Origin: a bacterium
GTDB lineage: Bacteria; Patescibacteriota; Minisyncoccia; Phycocordibacterales; SBAW01
Assembly (NCBI GenBank): GCA_037139975.1
Contig: JBAXFJ010000003.1
Coordinates: 1-62,604 of the forward strand
Direction: 5' to 3'
DNA: 62,604 nt
A program made the translations under genes and the position numbers. The notes below the pieces were generated by a model, which did no database searches, had not been told where the DNA came from, and saw nothing but the letters and a program-made list of their open reading frames with translations. This document shows positions 48,094 to 57,410 of the stretch, piece after piece; the first letter of the stretch is position 1; every line of letters starts with the position of its first letter.

Positions 48094-48205
48094 AGAGAAG
48101 CGAAAATAATTTGAGCAGAGACTCGCGCAGGGCGACGGCCCGAGCGCGAGCAAATTTCTAGCAAGAAATTATGCGTACTCTGCGAGAATTCATTTTTGCG
48201 AAAAT

Positions 48206-48598
48206 TTACAAGCCTAGCCCTTCCATCGCTTCGTCGATGTTTTTCATCACTGGAGAAGAGGTGACGCCCTCGGCGTGTGAGCCGTCCCAGCCGGTGTTTG
48301 CGCTACCGCCCGAGTCTTGTGTGCTTTGGCTGTGCGCGCCGCCAGTGCCGCCCGCTGGCTCGTTGATCTTGAGGTTGACGCGTGCGTTATGCTTCATCCC
48401 CACCACGCGCAGGAGCGTGCGAATGGCTTTGGCGGTGTTGCCCGAGCGGCCGATGACCTTGCCCATGTCTTCTGGGTTGAGGTCGAGCGTGAGCAAAACA
48501 CCCATCTCGTCGACTACACGGTGTATTTTGACCTCTTCGGGGTGTTCAACCAGGCCTTTGATTACAAATTCCAAAAACTGTTCGTCTTTCTCTGCCAT
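48206..48598 (-). CDS. KH-domain RNA-binding protein (YlqC/UPF0109-like) with a C-terminal extension
   Basis: MGKVIGRSGNTAKAIRTLL (GxxG KH motif), in the conserved rpsP-KH-trmD neighbourhood. Confidence 0.85.
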   Translation of the reverse strand: MAEKDEQFLEFVIKGLVEHPEEVKIHRVVDEMGVLLTLDLNPEDMGKVIGRSGNTAKAIRTLLRVVGMKHNARVNLKINEPAGGTGGAHSQSTQDSGGSANTGWDGSHAEGVTSSPVMKNIDEAMEGLGL

Positions 48599-48651
48599 AA
48601 CAAGTCGTCTGTGTATTTAATTTTAAGTAAAACGCCCGCACTCGTTTTAGT

Positions 48652-49098
48652 TTAAGATGCTGATGCCTCGCCCGCAACCGCGCTCTCCACAGGCTCTGCT
48701 GCTGCCTCGGCCTCTGGCGCTGATGCTACTTCTGCTTCTGCCTGTTCAGTTTCTGGTTGTGCTGGGGCCGCCTCTGCTTCTTTGACCAGCTCTGCGACTT
48801 CAGCTACTACTTCAACTGGCTTGGTGTAGGTTTTCTTAGGAAGCACGTTTATCTTTTTTGCATCAATAATTTTATTTGAAACAAGCAGGTTGTGGACCGT
48901 GTCTGAAACAGTTGCGCCTTCTTTCATCCAGGCCAAAATGCGCTCGCCTTTGAGGTCGACGCGATTGACGCGTGGGTCATACGAGCCCACCATCTCGAGG
49001 TAGTTGCCGGTCTTTACTTTCTTTTTTGAGTCGAGCACCACCACGCGAAAAGACGGGTCGTTCTTTCTGCCGCGGCGCTGTAGGCGAATGGTTATCAT
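48652..49098 (-). CDS. rpsP: 30S ribosomal protein S16 with an Ala/Glu-rich C-terminal tail
   Basis: MITIRLQRRGRKNDPSFRVVV. Confidence 0.95.
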   Translation of the reverse strand: MITIRLQRRGRKNDPSFRVVVLDSKKKVKTGNYLEMVGSYDPRVNRVDLKGERILAWMKEGATVSDTVHNLLVSNKIIDAKKINVLPKKTYTKPVEVVAEVAELVKEAEAAPAQPETEQAEAEVASAPEAEAAAEPVESAVAGEASAS

Positions 49099-49208
49099 GT
49101 TTCTTTATAGTTTCTGTCTTTTCGGTAAAAAGACCCGGGAACCCGGGAGTGAAGACACTGTAGCAGTGGGCTGTAATAAAGTCAATAATCTGTTATACTG
49201 CAACTCAC

Positions 49209-51248
49209 GTGAACAAAAAGACCGTGTCAGGAATCATCCAAATCACCCGCAAAGGGGTGGGCTATGTTGCGTGGCCGCGCAGTGAGGCGGCAGTGGCGAG
49301 CAAAGCTGAAAAAGAACAAGAGGACATCGAAATCCCTATTGAAAATCTGGGCGGTGCATTTAACGGCGACGTGGTCGAAGTCGAGCTAGGAGGCTTGGCC
49401 CAGACACCCTTCCGCAAACCACGCGCCGGGGCCAGCAAGCCTGCAAAATCAGCAGGCGGGCGGTTTACGGGCAAAGTAGTCGCGGTTATTGAGCGTGCCA
49501 AAACCGAGTTCGTCTGCACCCTCGCCCACCAAAATAATATTTGGATGGGCGTTGCCGACGACACGCGCATGTACAAGCCTTTTCATATACAAAATGTGCC
49601 GACCGGGACCAAAGAAAATACCAAAGCACTCGTGAAATTGGTTTCTTTTTATGGAGGTGCAGAGAATCCGCTCGGTGAGATTCTTGAAGTGATCGGCCAG
49701 GCGGGCGAGCACCGCGCCGAGATGAACTCTATCGTCATCGAGCACGGCTTCCGCACCGAGTTCTCAAAAGAAATCCAAGAAGAGGCAAAAAAGATCGAGG
49801 AGGAGCATGCACAGACTATTCAAAATGAAGCGCATCACCGTGTTGATTTTAGAGGCGTCACAACCATGACTATCGACCCGCTCACGGCCAAAGACTTCGA
49901 CGACGCACTCTCTATACAAGAAATTACTGAGGCAAGTGCAAAGACTGGAGGCAATACTGAAACAGAGTACGAAATCGGCGTCCATATCGCTGACGTGACC
50001 TTTTTTGTGCGCCCCGGCAGCGCCATCGAAGAAGAAGCGCGCAAGCGCGGCACCAGCGTGTACCTTGTTGACGCAACCATTCCTATGCTCCCCGAGGAAC
50101 TCTCAGGCAACGTCTGCAGCCTCAAAGAAGGTGAGGATAGGCTCGCCTTCTCGGCTGTGTTTCGCATCAATACCCGCGGCGAAGTGCTCGCGCGCCGCTT
50201 CGAGCGCACCATCATCTGCTCGCAAAAACGCTTTACCTATGAAGAAGCCCAGGAGGTACTCGATATTCAAAAAGGACAATTTCTTAAAGAACTGAATACG
50301 CTCAACACGCTTGCAAAAATACTTAGAAAAGCGCGCGAGCAGGAAGGCGCGATAGACTTTGGCGACAACGAGGTAAAGTTTGTCTTAGACGCCTCAGGCA
50401 AGCCCATAGGGGTTGAGCGGAAGGTGCGCATCGCGACCAACGAGCTTATCGAAGAGTTCATGCTCCTCGCCAACCGCGAGGTCGCGAAGCATGTTTCCGT
50501 CTTGGCACAAAAGGTACCCGAGAAAAATTATGTCTTCCTCTACCGTATCCACGACGAACCAAAGGCAGACCGCATAGAAGAGCTCTCGACCTTTGTGCGC
50601 GCCATCGGCTATGACTTTGAAAAACGAGGCAAGAAAGGGTACTCGGCGCGCGACATTGGCCAATTGCTCAAGCAAATCGAGGGCAAGCCCGAACAGCACC
50701 TCATCCGCACCGCAACCCTGCGCTCGATGGCCAAAGCGATTTACACGACCAAAAACATCGGGCATTTCGGCCTCGCCTTTGACTACTACACCCACTTTAC
50801 CTCGCCCATTAGGCGCTACCCCGACATGCTCGTGCATCGTATTTTGAATTCACATATTTTAGGCAACCCGATGACCAGGCGCGAATACGACAGCCTCGAG
50901 AACCTCTGCATCAAAGCGAGCGAGCAGGAGGCAAAGGCGGTGAGCGCCGAGCGTGATTCCATTCGCTATAAACAAGTTGAGTATATGCAGGAGAAAATTG
51001 GCCAGACCTTCGAAGCGGTCATCTCGGGTGTGACCGACTGGGGCTTGTATGTTGAAGACACCGTCTCGGCCTGCGAAGGCCTCGTACGAGTTAAAAGTAT
51101 TGGGGGCGACTTTTACAATCATTCACAAAAAGAATACTCCCTCGTAGGCGAGCGCACAAAGAAAAAGTTCACCTTGGGCGACAAGGTGAACGTGAAGCTT
51201 GTGGCCGCCGATTTGATTCAGCGAACACTGGATTTTGAGTTAGTCTGA
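49209..51248 (+). CDS. rnr: ribonuclease R / exoribonuclease II family (RNB domain plus C-terminal S1)
   Basis: GTG start. DPLTAKDFDDALS, HFGLAFDYYTHFTSPIRRYPD and an S1 domain at the C-terminus. Confidence 0.9.
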   Translation: MNKKTVSGIIQITRKGVGYVAWPRSEAAVASKAEKEQEDIEIPIENLGGAFNGDVVEVELGGLAQTPFRKPRAGASKPAKSAGGRFTGKVVAVIERAKTEFVCTLAHQNNIWMGVADDTRMYKPFHIQNVPTGTKENTKALVKLVSFYGGAENPLGEILEVIGQAGEHRAEMNSIVIEHGFRTEFSKEIQEEAKKIEEEHAQTIQNEAHHRVDFRGVTTMTIDPLTAKDFDDALSIQEITEASAKTGGNTETEYEIGVHIADVTFFVRPGSAIEEEARKRGTSVYLVDATIPMLPEELSGNVCSLKEGEDRLAFSAVFRINTRGEVLARRFERTIICSQKRFTYEEAQEVLDIQKGQFLKELNTLNTLAKILRKAREQEGAIDFGDNEVKFVLDASGKPIGVERKVRIATNELIEEFMLLANREVAKHVSVLAQKVPEKNYVFLYRIHDEPKADRIEELSTFVRAIGYDFEKRGKKGYSARDIGQLLKQIEGKPEQHLIRTATLRSMAKAIYTTKNIGHFGLAFDYYTHFTSPIRRYPDMLVHRILNSHILGNPMTRREYDSLENLCIKASEQEAKAVSAERDSIRYKQVEYMQEKIGQTFEAVISGVTDWGLYVEDTVSACEGLVRVKSIGGDFYNHSQKEYSLVGERTKKKFTLGDKVNVKLVAADLIQRTLDFELV

Positions 51249-51497
51249 ATACCCAGACAACTCGTGCGGGAACAGATCCTCGGCAGAGATTCCCGCGAGG
51301 GTTTCTACCGCGCCTGGCTGGGTGCAGAAAAACATATGCACTGGGCGTAGCGCATCTGGTATAGCGTCGTACGGAATAAATTGCTCGCCAACACCCGGCA
51401 GATCGGTCAACCCTCGACGCGAAACTGCCAGATCCTGGCCAGTTTTCACAAAGGTATACAACCAATCCCCTAAGGGGAAAGATCTCTCGATATTCAT
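51240..51497 (-). CDS. hypothetical protein
   Basis: aggagg Shine-Dalgarno sequence 6 nt upstream of the ATG. No family recognised. It overlaps the rnr 3' end by 9 nt. Confidence 0.5.
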   Translation of the reverse strand: MNIERSFPLGDWLYTFVKTGQDLAVSRRGLTDLPGVGEQFIPYDAIPDALRPVHMFFCTQPGAVETLAGISAEDLFPHELSGYSD

Positions 51498-51545
51498 TGT
51501 TGCGGCCTCCTGATTGAACCAACCTAAACTAAACTACAAAAAGGG

Positions 51546-53849
51546 TTATTTCGCAACTGCTAGGGCTTCTTCAAATTTAACCGAGAGGAGTTTGGAGACA
51601 CCGTCGGAGCCCATGGTAACGCCATAGAGCACGCCCGCGCGGGACATGGTCTCGCGGTTATGGGTGATGAGGATGAGCTGTGAGTGCCGCGCGAGGGTCT
51701 CTATCATGTCGCCATAGCGGCGCGAGTTGGCCTCGTCGAGCGCCGCATCGGTCTCGTCGAGTATCAAAAATGGCGGCGGGTTGACCTGCGACATCGCAAA
51801 TATCAAAGCAATTGAGGTGAGCGCCCGCTCGCCACCCGAGAGCGCGTGCAGGCCTTTGAGCCGCTTATGTGGGAGCGAGACGGTTATCTCGACTCCTTCT
51901 TCTTTGTCTTCGTCTTCTTCATCGCCATTCTCTTCGCTTCCACCCTTGTCACCTTCCCCCTTCACCTCAAAATAGCCACCGTCTTCTGTATCTAACGCTG
52001 CAGATTTTGCACCGCGAGTTTTCTTTTTTTCTGCAACTAAAGCGAGTGAAGCCGAACCCCCGCCAAACATCACCTGAAAGAACGAATTAAACGCTACATT
52101 TATTTTTTCTATTCCGCCTACAAACCGCGCCTCGAGCGTGCCCGTGAGCTCGTCTATCAAACCGTTCAGTGACTCAGCCGAAGCGGCCAGATCGTTAAGC
52201 TCGCGTGCCAGAAATTGGTCGCGCTCGAGTGTTTCTTGATGCTCTTTTAAAATTTCACTTGCGCTCCCCAAACCCGCTTCTTCGAGCCTGATTTTCTGGC
52301 GTTCGAGCTTGCGTCTTCGCTCTCCTTGAACAGTTCGGTCTTCATCGACCATGTCTGCATCAGTGACCATGTCGCCACTCTGCGCATACAAAACCGTGTT
52401 TTCATATTCCATCACCGCGCGACCCATGAGCGCCGCGGCCTCACCGCACTCGGCCTTGAATCGCGCTTCGTCTTCAACTAAGGCCTGCGCGCGCGCCTCA
52501 AGGCGCGCCAACGCCACTTCGAGTTCGCTGCGACGCGACATCGCCACAAAGAGCTCACGCTCCGCGCTGCGATTTTCATCCTTTTCGCCTTCAATCTGTA
52601 AGCGCAAAACCGACACTTCAGCACGCAGACTTCCTTCTTTTTTCTGGATTTCTTGCAGCTCGTTTTCAAGCCGTGTCTTTTTTTCGAGCAGCTCTTCGTG
52701 CGAGACGGCCGGTTTGTGCGCTATCTCGCCTCGGGTCGCAATGCGACGCAAAAACTCTTGAGCAAACACCACAAGCCCGAGTAATGTATTTTTGATCTCA
52801 GACTCGCTTCCTTTCAGCGCAGCGTCGAGCTCTTGTTCGACGCGCTCAACAAACGTGCGCACCTCGCCCGAGGGAACCGACGCCTCTTTGGAGGGCACAG
52901 GGACCATACGCGCTTCTGCTGCGAGCTCACCTTCGATACGTCCGAGTTCGCGCACCAGAGCGTCGCGACGCCCGGCGGCGCCATGCATCTCGCTCTCGAG
53001 CCTCATCAATTCATTCGTTTCGCTGTCTTCGCGCTTCTTTTCGAGCACGCTCCGCAGATGAGCGATAGTTTGATTCAAAAGCGCGTGCTCTTTTTCAGGA
53101 GCGTCTCTTTCTTCTTTTGCAAGAGACTTTTGGATACGTAGGTATACGCTCTCGCGCTTCAGATATTCAAGATATTTCTGCCCCAGGTCGTCACGCAGCT
53201 TTTGTGAGTCCTCTATCTTTTTGACCTGCCCAGCCAAAAAGCGCAGATGCGGGGCAAGTTCGCGGCGCAAGCTTTCAACCTTCTGACTGTTCTCGGCAGT
53301 CTTCTCGAGTTTGCGCTTTGCCTCCTGACGTTTATATAAAAAACTAGTCAATCCCAATGCATCCTCGAGCATCTCGCGGCGCTCGCGGGGCGAAGCACTT
53401 AAAGCTCTATCCGCCTCGCCTTGGGAAATAATATGATGTGATGATGACCCAATGTTGGCTTGTGCTAAAAGTTCGGCCACGTCGCGCAGGCGCACTTCCG
53501 AACTATTCAATAGATACTGATTCGTCCCGTCCCTATTCACCACACGCTCTATCACCACTTCATCAAAGTCCAGCGCCAAAGCCCTATCCGCATTATCAAA
53601 AATAAGCTTCACCGATGCCCGCCCAGCCCTGGGTGAATTCTGTGAGCCGTTCCAGATCATGTCTTCACCCCGGCGGCCGCGCATGCTCTTCATTGACTGC
53701 TCACCGAGTGCAAACCTGAAGCTTTCAGCAATATTACTCTTGCCCGACCCGTTGGGTCCAACAATAGAAGTAATAGCCGATGCAAATTCAAGCTCCGTCT
53801 TTTTTGCAAATGACTTAAACCCACTTAACTCTATCGACTTTAGTCGCAT
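51546..53849 (-). CDS. smc: SMC-like chromosome segregation ATPase, short form without a recognisable hinge
   Basis: MRLKSIELSGFKSF...GPNGSGKSN head, a C-terminal LSGGERALTSIALIFA...LDETDAALD, and coiled-coil-like sequence in between. Confidence 0.8.
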   Translation of the reverse strand: MRLKSIELSGFKSFAKKTELEFASAITSIVGPNGSGKSNIAESFRFALGEQSMKSMRGRRGEDMIWNGSQNSPRAGRASVKLIFDNADRALALDFDEVVIERVVNRDGTNQYLLNSSEVRLRDVAELLAQANIGSSSHHIISQGEADRALSASPRERREMLEDALGLTSFLYKRQEAKRKLEKTAENSQKVESLRRELAPHLRFLAGQVKKIEDSQKLRDDLGQKYLEYLKRESVYLRIQKSLAKEERDAPEKEHALLNQTIAHLRSVLEKKREDSETNELMRLESEMHGAAGRRDALVRELGRIEGELAAEARMVPVPSKEASVPSGEVRTFVERVEQELDAALKGSESEIKNTLLGLVVFAQEFLRRIATRGEIAHKPAVSHEELLEKKTRLENELQEIQKKEGSLRAEVSVLRLQIEGEKDENRSAERELFVAMSRRSELEVALARLEARAQALVEDEARFKAECGEAAALMGRAVMEYENTVLYAQSGDMVTDADMVDEDRTVQGERRRKLERQKIRLEEAGLGSASEILKEHQETLERDQFLARELNDLAASAESLNGLIDELTGTLEARFVGGIEKINVAFNSFFQVMFGGGSASLALVAEKKKTRGAKSAALDTEDGGYFEVKGEGDKGGSEENGDEEDEDKEEGVEITVSLPHKRLKGLHALSGGERALTSIALIFAMSQVNPPPFLILDETDAALDEANSRRYGDMIETLARHSQLILITHNRETMSRAGVLYGVTMGSDGVSKLLSVKFEEALAVAK

Positions 53850-53899
53850 CACTTTATTCTACCAAGAAAAACGTCTAGCGCACGGAGGCGTAGAAAAAT

Positions 53900-54424
53900 C
53901 TATTCAAACCGAGGAGGCTCTGCGCCCGCTGGAGGAGCGTCAACAATCACCACACCCTTCGGCTCCCGTACTTTACTTGCAAGAAATCGGATTAGTATCG
54001 AGAACACAGCACAAAAGAATCCGTATAAAACTGAATTGAGCAAGACCATTTCATATAGTTGCCTGGGAGTGTCAAAATTGCTAATTCTTGTCTTAAAACA
54101 CTGAAGAGAGTTAGGGTCATATTGACCATAACTAGAGTAGAGCTCGAACAAATCTATCCCCGTAGGGCCTAGCAGCGAACCATGGCTAGTTGGGCTAGTG
54201 CACGCGACAAAGCCGCCAGAGTCTGTTTTCGCTGCCCTCGCGAGACCGTCCGCGTATAAAAAGTTCACGATGGTAAATATACCTATCGAGATCAGTAAGA
54301 CATTCAATGGTTTGAGAAAAAAATACTTTTTATGGGCGCCGTATTCCCAAATAGGGGCAAACATAAAAAAGATTATGGTGAACGATGCCAAGAAGGCCGG
54401 TAGGATGTTTTCTAAAAAAATCAT
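53900..54424 (-). CDS. hypothetical multi-pass membrane protein
   Basis: Several hydrophobic helices. No family recognised. Confidence 0.5.
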   Translation of the reverse strand: MIFLENILPAFLASFTIIFFMFAPIWEYGAHKKYFFLKPLNVLLISIGIFTIVNFLYADGLARAAKTDSGGFVACTSPTSHGSLLGPTGIDLFELYSSYGQYDPNSLQCFKTRISNFDTPRQLYEMVLLNSVLYGFFCAVFSILIRFLASKVREPKGVVIVDAPPAGAEPPRFE

Positions 54425-54433
54425 GCAATTATA

Positions 54434-55126
54434 TTACCACCCCTTTTTCTCAAGCGCTCCTCTTGCGGCGGTTTGTTCGGCTTCTTGTTTGGATTTGCCT
54501 TCGCCCTCGGCGAGTAAGACATCTTTAACATACACGCCCACCAAAAAGTGTTTGTCATGGTCGGGACCCATTTCTTTGAGCACGGTGTAATAGGGCGTGG
54601 CGGAGTCGTGCTCTTGGGCTTTCTCCTGCAAGGTCGACTTGGCGTCTTGCCACAGGCGGTTTTGTACAATGCCATCTATTTTGGGAAGCAAAAACGTGTG
54701 GATGAATTGCTCGGCAGCCCCGTAGCCTTGGTCGATGTACAGCGCGCCGACCAATGCCTCAAACGCATTAGCGAGCAAGACGCCGCGCGCGCGGCCGGTG
54801 TCTTTGGCCTCGCCACGAGAAAGGAGCAGATAGTCGTTCATGCCGAGCTCGCCGGCAACCTCGGCGCACGTAACGGCGTTGACCAATGCTGCGCGGAATG
54901 CGGTCAGGTCGCCTTCAGGGCGGTCGGGAAATTTTTTATATAAAAAATAAGTCGAGACCAGCTCCAAAACAGCGTCGCCCAAAAACTCGAGTCGCTCGTT
55001 GTGGCCACGCACTTCGCCGCGGTGCTCGTTCAGGTACGAGCGATGCGTGAATGCTTGGCAGAGCAATTCTGGATTGGTGAAAGTCACCCCGATCTTTTCT
55101 TCAAACGGCTTAAAATCTTTCGGCAT
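54434..55126 (-). CDS. rnc: ribonuclease III
   Basis: The NERLEFLGDAVLE signature plus a C-terminal dsRBD. Confidence 0.95.
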   Translation of the reverse strand: MPKDFKPFEEKIGVTFTNPELLCQAFTHRSYLNEHRGEVRGHNERLEFLGDAVLELVSTYFLYKKFPDRPEGDLTAFRAALVNAVTCAEVAGELGMNDYLLLSRGEAKDTGRARGVLLANAFEALVGALYIDQGYGAAEQFIHTFLLPKIDGIVQNRLWQDAKSTLQEKAQEHDSATPYYTVLKEMGPDHDKHFLVGVYVKDVLLAEGEGKSKQEAEQTAARGALEKKGW

Positions 55127-55152
55127 ATATAGTTTCTCGTATAGCTTGGCCC

Positions 55153-56058
55153 TTATTTAGAAGTGAGTTTTTGGACTGCTTTTTGGATGATAGGTAGCAT
55201 GTCTTCGTAGAAGTTGAGCTCGAGCGCATCTTGCAGTCGGAACCACTTGGCGTCATCAAGCCCACCCTTTTGCTCGAGCGTAATGTCGACAAACGGTGAT
55301 TCTGCGAGGAAATAGGTCACGTGTTTGCGCTTCTTGCCCACCTCGGGGTCAGAGGCAACATACTCGTTTTCGCCTATTTTTTCAAGTAGCTTGATGTCGA
55401 GCCCCAATTCTTCTTTGATTTCGCGTATCGTCCCCTCTTCAACTGTCTCGTCTGCAATGTCGGGATTATCCCCAATCTTGCCCTTGGAAAGAGTCCAGTG
55501 GCCAAAGATGTCGTGTACTAACGCTAAGTAGATATCACCTTCATGCTTAGCAAACACAACCGCACCACCCAGGTTCTGGACGGGCATCTGTTCATAGGGC
55601 ACTATCTTTTTCTTTTTTGAGACTTCGTCTTTGCCGGGCTCGCCCAGCTCTTTATAGACGGCGCCCAAGACGCCGTTGACAAAGCGGCCGCTGTTTTCGC
55701 TGCCAAAACTTTTAGCCAATTCGATTGCCTCGTTGATGGCGACTTTGGCTGGCACTTTTTCTCTATCTGCAAAGAGCAGTTCATACAAACCGAGCCGCAA
55801 CACGTTCCGATCTATCAAAGCAATTCTATCAAGTGGCCACTCGGGTGCAGCCTTTGCTATCACCAAGTCTAAGTCTTGCTTGCGCAAGGCCACCCCACGC
55901 ACCAAGTCTTGTATAAAAGCAGTATCGCCCGCGTTTGGAGCAAATTCAACAATGTTGCGCTCAAGTGCGAGGCCAGCCTGTTGTGACGTGAAGTTACGAA
56001 AATCCCACTCGAAGAGTGTTTGCAGCACGACCGACCGTGAAAGGTGCCTGTTTGCCAT
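55153..56058 (-). CDS. nusB: NusB antitermination factor fused to a NUDIX hydrolase domain
   Basis: N-terminal NusB-like region (SRSVVLQTLFEWDF...AINEAIELAKSFG). The C-terminal Nudix box is GKIGDNPDIADETVEEGTIREIKEELG. Confidence 0.8.
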   Translation of the reverse strand: MANRHLSRSVVLQTLFEWDFRNFTSQQAGLALERNIVEFAPNAGDTAFIQDLVRGVALRKQDLDLVIAKAAPEWPLDRIALIDRNVLRLGLYELLFADREKVPAKVAINEAIELAKSFGSENSGRFVNGVLGAVYKELGEPGKDEVSKKKKIVPYEQMPVQNLGGAVVFAKHEGDIYLALVHDIFGHWTLSKGKIGDNPDIADETVEEGTIREIKEELGLDIKLLEKIGENEYVASDPEVGKKRKHVTYFLAESPFVDITLEQKGGLDDAKWFRLQDALELNFYEDMLPIIQKAVQKLTSK

Positions 56059-56116
56059 TTTCAAAAATAAAGAGCGTCTATCGCACTCGCCCTATACCGA
56101 ACAGTATACGCTACTC

Positions 56117-56389
56117 TTATTTCGCAGCGCTAGTCTTTGCCTGTGATTTGGCTGCCTGGGCCTTGCTGCGCCCGCCGTCTTGTCGGGCAAGCTTTTTGGC
56201 AGCTTTTGCGACAATTTTCTTTGCCTTGCCGGCAACGACACGGCCATTGTAACGGCCACACGAGGGGCATGCGCGGTGAGACACACGGACAGAGCCACAC
56301 TCGCAGGTGGCGAGGGTGCGGTCCTTCAGCGCGTGGTGCGAACGGCGGTTAGCCGTATGCGCCCTTGTGTGTCTCATTCGTACAACCAT
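56117..56389 (-). CDS. rpmF: 50S ribosomal protein L32 with a Lys/Ala-rich C-terminal tail
   Basis: [18 protein letters not shown]...CxC...CPSCG zinc ribbon. ATG at 56389. Confidence 0.85.
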   Translation of the reverse strand: MVVRMRHTRAHTANRRSHHALKDRTLATCECGSVRVSHRACPSCGRYNGRVVAGKAKKIVAKAAKKLARQDGGRSKAQAAKSQAKTSAAK

Positions 56390-56456
56390 ATGTACCAATA
56401 CACTACCAGATACCCCGAAAAAAGAAAAGCCCCACACCAGCACGTGGCGCGGAGAC

Positions 56457-56723
56457 TTAAAACAACGCCTTCAAAGCGGAGGCAGAGGCGGACTGGTCGG
56501 CAATATAGGTTTGACAAGGATTATTCCGGGGAACAATCCTTGTTGGATCCTTGTGCCCACTCGCAGGACACATGACCAAGTATCCAGCAGTTGGAACCTT
56601 CACAAAGTGTGCGTTTTCTTCATCGGGCCACTGACCCGTTACGCGAGCACAGTTTGCGCAACGCGACCCACCAGCATCGCTTACAGCGATCGCCTGGACA
56701 AAGCGTGTTACCAGCATGACCAC
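56457..56723 (-). CDS. hypothetical Cys-containing small protein (weak call)
   Basis: The only sizeable sense-direction ORF in the rnhB-rpmF gap. No family recognised. Confidence 0.3.
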   Translation of the reverse strand: MVMLVTRFVQAIAVSDAGGSRCANCARVTGQWPDEENAHFVKVPTAGYLVMCPASGHKDPTRIVPRNNPCQTYIADQSASASALKALF

Positions 56724-56795
56724 CCCTTGGTTTGTTTCCCAATCTTCGTCTGGTTTTTCAGTACGAAGTGCTTACGAACAGCAGCTCTCAACATA

Positions 56796-57386
56796 TCACA
56801 AAAACGTCTTTCTGTGTAGTTCACACAATCCACAACGCTCGATTGCTTCGTAATGTTTCTTGGTGCCGTAGCCTTTGTGGATTTCAAACCCATAGTCGGG
56901 GAACTTTTTTGCAAGGTTGCACATCAGCCGGTCACGCTCGACCTTTGCCGCAATAGACGCAAGCGAAATGACCGACTCGGTCACATCGCCTTTAATGATC
57001 GTTTGTTGTGTGTATTCGGGCGGCGCAATCAATAAGCCATCGAGCAATACCATGACTTCTTCTGGATTTGGGACGATTTTTTTAACACCTCGCGACACGC
57101 ACTGTCTAACAGCTTTAGTAATCCCCACTCTATCTATCACCTTTGCTGAAGCGAACACTACGATATATCGTAGTGAGTTTTTTGCAGACGCATCCTGATT
57201 TTTCACTTTATTTTGCAAAAGCTTGTATATCTCTTCCCGCTTTTTGGGCGAAAGCTTCTTAGAGTCCGCGACGCCGGGAAAATACTTTTTGATGTCAAAA
57301 CCCATAGGCACCAAAACGACCCCCACGGCCACCGGTCCCGCCAAAGGCCCCCGGCCCGCCTCATCGACACCAATTAAAAATTTCAC
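56796..57386 (-). CDS. rnhB: ribonuclease HII
   Basis: GVDEAGRGPLAGPV. GTG start. Confidence 0.95.
   Translation of the reverse strand: MKFLIGVDEAGRGPLAGPVAVGVVLVPMGFDIKKYFPGVADSKKLSPKKREEIYKLLQNKVKNQDASAKNSLRYIVVFASAKVIDRVGITKAVRQCVSRGVKKIVPNPEEVMVLLDGLLIAPPEYTQQTIIKGDVTESVISLASIAAKVERDRLMCNLAKKFPDYGFEIHKGYGTKKHYEAIERCGLCELHRKTFL
57156..57175. repeat. perfect 20-bp palindrome CACTACGATATATCGTAGTG (copy 3 of 3), inside rnhB
   Basis: Direct reading. It is translated as ..SLRYIVVF.. in rnhB. Confidence 0.95.
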
Positions 57387-57410
57387 GCTCTTCTATTGTA
57401 TACTGCAAAC

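Noticed and set aside
56307-56819. 170-aa plus-strand ORF, and the N-terminal extension of the L32 ORF (56390-56443).
   Set aside because: The composition is Arg/Cys/Thr-rich and unprotein-like, and it overlaps the opposite-strand candidate. L32 homologues begin at the MVVRMRHTR.. equivalent, so the extension is not coding.
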